Origin: Lytechinus pictus
Taxonomy: Eukaryota
Length of the DNA: 64,000 bases
Assembly (NCBI RefSeq): GCF_037042905.1
Contig: NC_087248.1
Span: 20,832,001-20,896,000 of the forward strand
Direction: 5' to 3'
Shown here: positions 32,651 to 52,225 of the stretch, piece by piece
How positions within the stretch are numbered: the stretch's first letter is position 1
Layout: the number at the start of each line of letters is the position of its first letter
Made by a program: the position numbers and the translations under genes
Notes under the pieces: generated by a model
What the model saw: the letters and a program-made list of their open reading frames with translations, nothing else
Databases searched by the model: none
Told to the model about the DNA's origin: nothing

Positions 32651-35002
32651 TGTCAGACTAACGATTAGGAAGCGAAGAATGTATTTCCAGTATTTTTCCT
32701 TGAATATAAATCATATTATGATAGATTTGAATGCTTAGTGATAGCAGCATATTAATTTGAAAAACTGAAATGTTTTCACTGCAGTCAATGTGATAAAAAT
32801 CGAAATATCTTTACATTTTCCATATAAGGATACTTATTTGCATAATATGCAAATGAGGCAGATTTGCTTGATTTTTTAAATAAAGACATTGAACTTATTT
32901 ATTCATCATGAACTTTTGTTCAAAATTACTTGCTGTGGACATTTAATTTGTAATCTTTGGATTAATTTCCTAATTTTCTATTATTTATAATGGCTAATTT
33001 GCATAATATGCAAATTAATTTTCAGGCATTGGGATGAATTCTCATGCTTAGTGATATAGTAGCATATTAATGTCAACATTAATGAAATGTTTTCAAGCAG
33101 TCTATATGAGAAAATTCACAATATCTTGACATTTTTTCAATTTAAGGATGCTTATTTGCATAATATGCAAATGAGGTAGAATTTTTTGCACTTTTGATTA
33201 AAAACATTGAATTCAGTTATTTATCATGAATTACCATTCAAATTAAATTATTTTGGACATTTAATTTGTAATCTTTGGATTATTTCCCTTCTTTTTCTAA
33301 TTTTTCATGGCTAATTTGCATAATATGCAAATTTCATAAATTTCCACTGCTTGGATTTCTTGGGACTTTTAGTATGTTGTTTAGGGGACCTTCCTGGAAA
33401 GCATATCAGTGGAATATCTTGTGTTGCAATTAGTGGTGGGTTACCCCCCTATTCTGGCTAGATTGACTGGACTATGGCGTCATGGCGGTCTGGTTCTAAA
33501 CAAATGAACCTGCCGAATAAAAGCTTGCGATTTTCATAGGAGAAAATGGCTACTATTAGATTTGATAGTGTTAAATTTCTGCGTTAAAAGACCCAATCAA
33601 TATCTTTTCTTATTAATCCTAATTGACCTTTCTAAGTATTCCATATAGACTATGATATTACACTAAACCATATACTCGCTGTAATTAATTCTTGGTATTG
33701 TGCATTGGCAGTGACCGCGAGGGGGGGGGGGGGGGACTCCTCCTCCATTTTAAAATTGTGTACATTAGCATATGGGGAGTTGAAGCATATGTATTGCACC
33801 GGGAAATAGTTTTACCATTTACCATTTATCACGGGCTACCATAGCCTTCCCATGTTTCCTTCCTGATGATAATCTACAAACAATCACTTCCGGCAACGTG
33901 TTTTCCTCTTATTGTTATTTCCTGCAAAGGCAAGTGTCCTTCATGTTCTTCTTTGAATTGTTATCATGGAACTTAGATCATTGTCCACTGAGATAAAAAA
34001 AAAAAAGTAAGAGTGGGGGTAGCTATATATCCCAATTCAATTTCAATAAATTTTAATCCAGTCAAAACACACGTATATTAAAAATGCATTTTTTCCAAGT
34101 CTCGATGTCAAGGTACAAAATACAACTGCGATAGGAAGGTCCAAATAGAATATTGCAAATATTGCACAGAGAATATCAATAAAAATAATGAATAACCAAA
34201 AATATGATAGATATGTCCCCAAAATGTTTTGAAAATGAAAGTGCAAATAGCACGAATTAAATCACCATTTTCGGGTTGTTTATATATGTCCGTCATGAGA
34301 TCCAATAAATCCCCCCCCCCCCGTAATAAAAAAATTATCATGCCACTGTCATGTAAGAAAAATCGAGGGGAAACAGGTTTTGGTTTTGTTTAATGTCACA
34401 TATCCGTGATAAGTACACACATCGTGACAAACGTTCTGCCACAACACTCTCTTAATATTAATCTTCATTATTTGATTATAAGATATACAATTCACGCTCT
34501 CAATATTATTTTAGATATTTTGAGCTTAATTCCAACCTAGATATATTGAAGGAGGATTCAGATACATGGAATAGTGTTGAGATAAATTCCATTTATATAA
34601 TCGAAATGAGTCCCTCCTCATTTTTTTCTTCACAAGACTGCTTGCGATTATTTCTGAATCCATGCACCCCTTACTCCAAATAAACTCTAAAATTGATTAA
34701 TTGATTGATTAATTAATTCATTGATTGACTGACTGATTGTTTCTTTGATTGACTGTTAGATTGATTTATTGATTGATGTTCCATTCACATTTTCAGAAAA
34801 TGAGCAAAATGCGATTTGTTACAAAATCGGATCGCGAACAGTCGTAAGGTGTGCGGTGGCCTTTAGATAACAGTAACTGTCATTCTGCAGGTATAGCTAC
34901 CAATGAAATCTCGCATTTGATTGGATGCAGGGCCCTGCTATACCACAGTTAATATAATGCTAAGTAAGTGTATTACGTTATGGAACTGACCCAAGATCTT
35001 AA

Positions 35003-35606
35003 AGGGATGGTCCAGGCTGGAAATATACTTATCTCAATAAATAGAGTGAAATTCACAAAGCAAAATGCTGAAAATTTGATCAAAATCAGATAACAAATAG
35101 CAAAGTTATTGAATTTTAAAGATATGCATTATTCCGGTGGAACAGTTCCAGGCATGTCTTTATGAATATTCATTAGGTGGGCCGATGATGTCATATCCCC
35201 ACTTGTTCTTTTGTATTTTATTATATGAAATCAGGTTTATTCAAAATTTTTCTACCAAGAACTAAAACAATCGGATTGACAGCTGATTAAGTGCATTAGT
35301 TATTTATTGCTGCAACTTATTTCATCATAATGGATACACGTCATTTACACTTGTATGAAAAAATGAAATATTTATGATTTCATGTAATGATATAAGAAAA
35401 GGGAAAGTGGGGATGTGACATCATCAGCCCATCTATTGAATATTCATGACGATGTGCATATAACTGTTTTCACAAAATAATGATAAACTCTAAAATTCTA
35501 TAACTTTGTTATTTGTTATCCGATTTTGATGAAATTCTGAGCATTTTGCTCTGTTAATTTTACTCTATTTATCTAGATATAAATATTTTCAGCCCGGACT
35601 ATCCCT
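35003..35606. mobile_element. Kolobok-like MITE family D, intact
   Basis: TTAA|AGGGATGGTCCAGGCTG ... CAGCCCGGACTATCCCT|TTAA. Confidence 0.9.
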
Positions 35607-35728
35607 TTAATAAACAGATCGACAATAGATCAATGAGATAATTTTTTATATTATAATATTTGTGCTATCATTGCTGAATAACGAATTTTAATTGAGCCTA
35701 TAATATCTAAAAGGGGATCCACACTTTA

Positions 35729-35896
35729 CACTGTAAAAAATGAAGTGCTAATTTAGCACTTACAGTGCTTGTTATAGTGACTGCACTGCGAGTGTTGATT
35801 TTCTAGTTCAAATTTAAACTAGAAAATCAGCACTTGTAGTGCAGTCACTATACAAGCACTGTAATTGCTAAATTAGCACATCATTTTTTTACAGTG
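35729..35896. mobile_element. 168-bp fully palindromic CACT-type MITE
   Basis: CACTGTAAAAAATGA...TCATTTTTTTACAGTG, self-complementary to its centre; TSD TA. Confidence 0.85.
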
Positions 35897-36213
35897 TACA
35901 TGGTGTACAAGCTTTGCTTTTTAGTGGACCCCCCCCCTCATTTCCATTTATGCTCAATATTATACTGTTTTTTGTTTTACAAAGTAAGAATGCTCGTCTG
36001 TAAAATTGTATTTGATTTGTATTACTTTGTATTTTGTTTTGAAAGGAAATGGAATAAAGAATTGAATTGAATTGAACATGTGAAGCTGCTACACCCAATT
36101 CACCAACAAAAATTGATTAGACACTTACGAGTAATCCATTGGTTAATATACGGTTACATGACATTAATTTTGTTCCTGCGACAATATTGATCCGCTGTAA
36201 ATTCCACACACTA

Positions 36214-36506
36214 ATAAATAATAAGTAAATAAATAAATGATATAGGATTTGTATAGCGCACGTATCCACCTTGCTAGCTGCTCAAGGCGCTCCTGTATTA
36301 CCCCGACTAAGCTAGCCTACTAATTCCGGTGCTCACCAGTTTTTTGAGGAATTACTTCCTGCCGGAAACTCATCTACCGCACCTGGGTCGAGTGCAGCAC
36401 AATGTGGATAAATTTCTTGCTGAAGGAAAACACGCCATGGCTTGGAATCGAACCCACGTCCTTCAGATTGAAAGATGAGTCTTAACCAATGGACCACAAC
36501 TCCCCC
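36214..36506 (-). mobile_element. tRNA-derived SINE with L2-like tail
   Basis: A and B boxes at 36445-36500; tail AGCGCCTTGAGC...GCGCTATACAA plus (TTTA)n; flanking repeat CACTAAT. Confidence 0.8.
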
Positions 36507-37339
36507 ACTAATGAAATGACCAAATGTAATCCTCGATTTAACAATATCATGAATATGCCCTATCCTAAAAAACCTAACCCTATATCTTAGACGAAATATA
36601 AGCCCAGAGCAATTGTCGTGTCACCAAATACATATGTCATCGAAATTGGAAGGGGGATGGGGTCTCAAATTTATCCTTTTTTGTAAGTATAGGAATGGAT
36701 CTTCGCCTATTCCCCTCCTTTTCATCCACGAAATTGCCAATATCATAGGCATATACAAGCTGTAGATTTCCTAAAATTCAATTAACAAGTTCATTTTCAT
36801 AAAAAAAATCGAGGTAAATAAAAATTAAACATTTTCTTGGAAGTGACTCGCCTGTCCTTTAAAGGGATGGTCGAGGCTGGGAATATTTATATCTCAATAA
36901 ATAGAGTAAAATTCACAAAGCAAATTGCTAAAAATTTGATCAAAATTGGATAAAAAATAAGGAAGTTATTAATGATAAAGATTCGCATTATTCTGGTGAA
37001 ACAGTTCTAGGCATGTCTTTATGAATATTCATTAGGTGGGCTGATGATGTCATATCCCCACTTTTTCTTTTGTATTTTATTACATGACATTTGGTTAATT
37101 CAAACATTTTCTACCAAGAACTAAAACAATTGGATTGACAACCGATTAAGTGATCAAATATTGCCGCAACTTGTTTCATCATAATGGAGACACGTTATAC
37201 ACATGTATGAAAAAATGAAACATTTATGATTTCATGTAATAACATAAGAAAATAGAAAGTGGGGGTATGACATCATCAGTCCATCTAATGAATATGTGGA
37301 GCGTTGTGGCCCAGTGGATTAGTCTCCGGACTTTGAAAC

Positions 37340-40300
37340 TATGAGGCGCCGAATGTACCAATATTATATAGAACAATTATTTGTTATATAATCATTATTT
37401 ATTAAATAATAACTATTATTTATATATAATTTACATTTTATTTGTAAATAACTACTATTATATAAAATATCATTTCTAATTATTTATATATAATTCCAAG
37501 TAATACTTCATTATTTGTAAATAATAATAGTTCGACATTCCATTATTTATAAATAATGATTATTTGTGTTTCATTATTTATAAATAATGATTATTTGTTT
37601 TTCATTATTTATAAATAATGATTATTTGTTTTTCATTATTTACAAATAATGATTATTTGTTTTTCATTATTTATAAATAATGATTATTTGTTTTTCATTA
37701 TTTATAAATAATGATTATTTGTTTTTCATTATTTACAAATAATGATTATTTGTTTTTCATTATTTATAAATAATGATTATTTGTTTTTCATTATTTATAA
37801 ATAATGACTATTTGTTTTTCATTATTTATAAATAATGATTATTTGTTTTTCATTATTTACAAATAATGATTATTTGTTTTTCATTATTTATAAATAATGA
37901 TTATTTGTTTTTCATTATTTATAAATAATTTGTTGAGTTTTCCATTATTTATAAATAATGATTATTTGTTAAATAATGAAAACGTCTACTTCATTATTTA
38001 TAAATAATTTTTTCGAGTGCACCATTATTCTCATTATTTATAAATAATCATTATTTAATGTTCGAGTTTTCCATTATTTATAAATAAAGATTATTTGTTA
38101 AATAATGAAATATCTACTTCATTATTTATAAATAATAATTTTGTTTCAATATCCCATTATTTATAAATAATCATTATTTATAAACAATTTTTACAGTTTG
38201 CCATTATATACAAATAATCATTATTTATATACAAATAACCATTATTTATTAAATAATGCCATTATTTATTAAATAATGCCATTATTTATTAAATAATGCC
38301 ATTATTTATTAAATAATGGAAAACTCGCTATAACATGCAAATGTGGGACCGCCCATGATATGAATATTCATGATGCGATTTCCTTTTTCGTGATTTTTCT
38401 TCACAAATATTTGTCCATTTCCTCTTCATAATGACATTTCTTGAAGCAATTTTCTAGGGATATGGTCTGATTGTAATATTCTTCATTTTCTATATAACTT
38501 CGTCTTCGTAGAAATATCAAAAAGTGTAATTTTATACGATTTTTCCTACAGTTCACAATCCCCATAGGCGCGCGTGTATCGTAGGGACAACCGGTGAATC
38601 GACGGAGTGCTCTTCATCGAAATACTACGTTGGTTGGTCCCCGGAAGTGGCGGGCGGAATTTAGCCCGAATCCTCGATGGAAGTCGATCAAGTGCATATG
38701 AGCTGAGAGAGTGAAATATCAGTGTACTTGTACAGGCCCTTCTACTTTTTATAAATATTTCTTGTTGCTTTTTTTGTTAAGTTAATTTTTCCTGGTGTAG
38801 AGATAAGTTTCAGTTCTAATAATGCACTTCAAATACATTTTGGAGTGTCTGTTTGAGGCGTTTAAGCGTTTGGGGCGATTTCACCCTGGCCCCAAAATGC
38901 TCGCAACGACAATACGGGGGCATGATGACCCCTAAATTTTTAAAAACTTATTTTTCTATTGAAAATTATCACAAAATTCACCAAAAGTGTGCAAGAAAGC
39001 CTTCGTATTTCACTTCAAAAAGTGCCCAAATGACAAGCTTGGTCGCTTCGCTGTGTCGCTTTCAACTTGAGAACGTTTACGCGTCTGCTTCCCCCCCCCC
39101 CCTCCTCCGAAAGAAATTCTGTATACGGCCATGCTCTAAAGAGCCTGGCACATTGATTTATGTATACTTTCATTTTCATTACTTTTATCTCATTATCAAC
39201 ATGGCCTTACGCAGAATTTTTTCCAGGGGGGCCGGGGCCGGAGCATGACGCGCGTAAACTTTCTCAAAAAAATCTTGAAAGCGAGATAGCCACGGGACCA
39301 AGCCCAAATGACAAGCTTAATTGGTCGCTTCGCTGTCTCGCTTTCAACTTGAGAACGTTTACGCGCGTCTGCCCCCACCCCCCGAAAGAAATTCTGTGAA
39401 CGGCCATGCTCAAAAGAGCATATGGCACATTGATTTATATGTACTTTTCATTTTCATTATTTTTATCACATTATCATCATGGCCTTACACAGAATTTTTA
39501 CCGGGGGGGGGGGGGAGCAGCTAGGACGCGCGTAAAGCGAGACAGCGACGCGACCAAGCTCAAATGACAAGCTTGGTCGCTTCGCTTTTTCAAGATTTTT
39601 ATTAGAAAGTTTACGCGCGTCCTGCTCCCCCCACCCCCCCCCCCCGGAAAAAATTCTGCGTAAGGCCATGATGATAATGAGATAAAAATAATGAAAATGA
39701 AGTATACATAAATCAATGTGCCAGGCTCTTTAGAGCATGGCCGTATACAGAATTTCTTTCGGAGGAGGGGGGGGGGGGGAAGCAGACGCGTAAACGTTCT
39801 CAAGTTGAAAGCGACACAGCGAAGCGACCAAGCTTGTCATTTGGGCACTTTTTGGAGTTTTAAAAGTGAAATACGAAGGCTTTCGTGCACACTTTTGGTG
39901 AATTTTGTGATAATTTTCAATAGAAAAATAAGTTTTTAAAAATTTAGGGGTCATCATGCCCCCGTATTGTCGTTGCGAGCATTTTGGGGCCAGGGTGAAA
40001 TCGCCCCAAACGCTTAAACGCCTCAAACAGACACTCCAAAATGTATTTGAAGTGCATTATTAGAACTGTATTTAGAAATATTTATAAAAAGTAGAAGGGC
40101 CTGTACAAGTACACTGATATTTCACTCTCTCAGCTCATGTGCACTTGATCGACTTCCATCGAGGATTCGGGCTAAATTCCGCCCGCCACTTCCGGGGACC
40201 AACCAACGTAGTATTTCGATGAAGAGCACTCCGTCGATTCACCGGTTGTCCCTACGATACACGCGCGCCTATGGGGATTGTGAACTGTAGGAAAAATCGT

Positions 40301-41478
40301 ATAAAATTACACTTTTTGATATTTCTACGAAGACGAAGTTATATAGAAAATGAAGAATATTACAATCAGACCATATCCCTAGAAAATTGCTTCAAGAAAT
40401 GTCATTATGAAGAGGAAATGGACAAAAATTTGTGAAGAAAAATCACGAAAAAGGAAATCGCATCATGAATATTCATATCATGGGCGGTCCCACATATGCA
40501 TGTTATAGCGAGTTTTCCATTATTTAATAAATAATGGCATTATTTAATAAATAATGGCATTATTTAATAAATAATGGTTATTTGTATATAAATAATGATT
40601 ATTTGTATATAATGGCAAACTGTAAAAATTGTTTATAAATAATGATTATTTATAAATAATGGGATATTGAAACAAAATTATTATTTATATAAATAATGAA
40701 GTAGATATTTCATTATTTAACAAATAATCTTTATTTATAAATAATGGAAAACTCGAACATTAAATAATGATTATTTATAAATAATGAGAATAATGGTGCA
40801 CTCGAAAAAATTATTTATAAATAATGAAGTAGACGTTTTCATTATTTAACAAATAATCATTATTTATAAATAATGGAAAACTCAACAAATTATTTATAAA
40901 TAATGAAAAACAAATAATCATTATTTATAAATAATGAAAAACAAATAGTCATTATTTGTAAATAATGAAAAACAAATAATCATTATTTATAAATAATGAA
41001 AAACAAATAATCATTATTTGTAAATAATGAAAAACAAATAATCATTATTTATAAATAATGAAAAACAAATAATCATTATTTGTAAATAATGAAAAACAAA
41101 TAATCATTATTTATAAATAATGAAAAACAAATAATCATTATTTATAAATAATGAAAAACAAATAATCATTATTTGTAAATAATGAAAAACAAATAATCAT
41201 TATTTATAAATAATGAAAAACAAATAATCATTATTTATAAATAATGAAAAACAAATAATCATTATTTATAAATAATGGAATGTCGAACTATTATTATTTA
41301 CAAATAATGAAGTATTACTTGGAATTATATATAAATAATTAGAAATTATATTTTATATAATAGTAGTTATTTACAAATAAAATGTAAATTATATATAAAT
41401 AATAGTTATTATTTAATAAATAATGATTATATAACAAATAATTGTTCTATATAATATTGGTACATTCGGCGCCTCATA
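37340..41478. mobile_element. 4.1-kb foldback (giant-TIR) DNA transposon, IS3EU-like termini
   Basis: TATGAGGCGCCGAATGTACC ... GGTACATTCGGCGCCTCATA; arms about 37340-39285 and 39580-41478; 6-bp TSD TGAAAC (37334-37339 and 41479-41484). Confidence 0.9.
37541..37950. repeat. 30-bp tandem array in the left arm (mirror copy about 40860-41280)
   Basis: Unit TTCATTATTTATAAATAATGATTATTTGTT containing a 20-bp palindrome. Confidence 0.9.
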
Positions 41479-41926
41479 TGAAACAGAGGTTCGTGGGTTC
41501 AAATCCCAGCCATGGCGTAGTTTCCTTCAGCAAGAAATTTACTCAACCCTGGCAGGAATTTATTCCTTGAAATGCCACAGCGCTGTGAAAGGCTGCGGGG
41601 CTAAAGCCAGGGTAATAATATCCAAGTCCTTTGGAAGCACATAGAGACGTTATTTATAATGTGTTATGCGCTAAACAAGAACTGACTATTATTATATTCA
41701 TGACGATGTGCATATAACTGTTTTCACAAAATATTGACAAACTTTAAAATTCATCAACTTCGTTACTTGTTATCCTATTTTGATGAATTTTCAGCATTTT
41801 GCTCTATGAATTTTACTCTATTTATTTAGATATAAATATCTCCAGCCCGGACCATCCATTTAAAACGATTCCCAAATCACCCCTTCCTGTTCCTGGCGTT
41901 GGTTAACCCCGGATGTTAAAAGTTAG

Positions 41927-41965
41927 TATAAAACCTTGCGCCAGCCGATAAACCAAACTCACTTC
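41927..41965 (+). promoter_or_regulatory. TATA-box promoter of alpha-tubulin gene 3
   Basis: TATAAAA at 41927-41933 and Inr-like TCACTT about 30 bp downstream; ATG|gtaagt about 200 bp downstream. Confidence 0.65.
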
Positions 41966-42125
41966 TGATATACTCAGCTCGCTTCCAGCACCCTCTCGCT
42001 TCTTGGTCCGCCCATCGAAGACGGTTCTGAGAAGACGCAGGAACTTTTATCCATCGAAAATACCAAAATAACCGTCTTCTTCTTCTTCAATTATTCTTAG
42101 TTGTTGAGTCTAAATATCCACCAAT

Positions 42126-51024
<8,899 letters not shown>

Positions 51025-51746
51025 ATATCCAGACGATCGGGATTATGTTTCCTGAAATTTTTATAAAAAAGCAATTTAACTACAAATTTGATATCAACCA
51101 ATCAAATACTATCATTTCATTAGCCTTTAACAGCTATCGTATTAAACATCAGGTTTTACATGTTTTATGAAACAAGACCCAATTGATGTTCCATATTTTA
51201 TTTCTACTGCCTCGTCGTGACATTCTCTCAACAACAAACTTTAAACTTTCTATTACCTGATAATGTACGTACACCAGAATTTATTCATGAGAAAGGGGTA
51301 GGGTATGATTGTTGAAATGTATGTATCAAAATGAAAGAGAGAGAGAAAAGCAGCCGAGCTGATAATGAATGCATCATGGGGGGGGGGGGTAATTCAAAAT
51401 TAAATTGAAAGATATTATGCATAATTTGGGTAATATGTTTGTGAACTCACCACAAAAGACTTCTATTCCCAGATGATATCTTGAACAATTTTATGAAAAA
51501 TCGGGAGATATTTTTTTTCAATATGAATACTATGTTATGATAATGAGTCCAAATATTGTGATATTTTTATGATTATGTTCTACTTAAATTATATGATCAC
51601 ACTATCTTTCTGTCGATGATGATTGTGTGATGTATAATCCTCTAGCTATGTTTCTTGCCAATGTCTTTCTTTGAGATTCTCCGGTTTAATTTGCTCTTTG
51701 TAAGCCTCGACTCTTAACACGCCAAAGCCGTCAACCTGCGCTTCAG

Positions 51747-52225
51747 GGTCCCGTCTTACAATGAGTTACAATATTGATCCGATCAATCTTAACTCTTTGG
51801 AAATCCATCAATGTCATATTTTTTCTACAGTAAATTTGCACAATGTACTTTGTAAAGAACAAGAAGCACACTAAATTTTAAAGGAAACAATGAATGTATG
51901 AATATACATCATATCTAGAAAACATTTTGAATTAACATGCATTTTAGATGTTGACGTTGCTGGCTTTCCATAGTTGTCGTTGATCGGATCAATCGCAACT
52001 ATGGAAAGCCAGCAAAGTCAACATATAAAATGCATGTTTGTTCAAAAAAATTATAGATATGAATGTATATCCATAAATTCATTGATTTATTGACAATTTG
52101 GTGTGATCTCCTTTGTTTACAAAGGACATTTTGCAAATTTCCTGTAGAAAGAATTATGACACTGATGGATTTCCATAGAATTACGATTGATCGGATCAAT
52201 CGTAACTCTTTGTAAGACGGGGCCC
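51747..52225. mobile_element. Long-TIR Harbinger-like MITE
   Basis: GGGTCCCGTCTTACAA.GAGTTAC ... GTAACTCTTTGTAAGACGGGGCCC, palindromic over about 200 bp per arm. Confidence 0.75.

Larger units (their letters stand above)
28819..33474. mobile_element. Academ-like DNA transposon derivative with long TIRs and nested insertions
   Basis: TAGTCCAGTCAAT...ATTGACTGGACTA termini; 3-bp TSD TGG; several hundred bp of inverted homology; no intact transposase ORF. Confidence 0.8.
37296..41693 (+). mobile_element. tRNA-derived SINE split by the foldback element
   Basis: GTGGCCCAGTGGATTAGTCTCCGGACTTTGAAAC | AGAGGTTCGTGGGTTCAAATCCC...(TAT)n tail. Confidence 0.85.
36863..41859. mobile_element. Kolobok-like MITE family D interrupted by a SINE and the foldback element
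   Basis: 36863-37295 plus 41694-41859 reconstitute the 35003-35606 element; TTAA on both sides. Confidence 0.88.

Noticed and set aside
37541-37950. CRISPR-like appearance of 30-bp palindromic repeats (and of the GCGAAGC motif array)
   Set aside because: The 30-bp units are head-to-tail with no unique spacers, the GCGAAGC spacers are related and irregular in length, the context is eukaryotic and there are no cas genes.
38853-40026. Paired ORFs 38853-39248(+) and 39730-40026(-)
   Set aside because: TTG-started mirror images within the inverted arms, frameshifted relative to each other, with no recognisable domain.
37340-41478. Giant palindrome as a pure assembly artefact
   Set aside because: It has an exact 6-bp TSD, the split SINE and MITE reconstitute cleanly, and the arms differ by indels. 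Long-read confirmation is still desirable.
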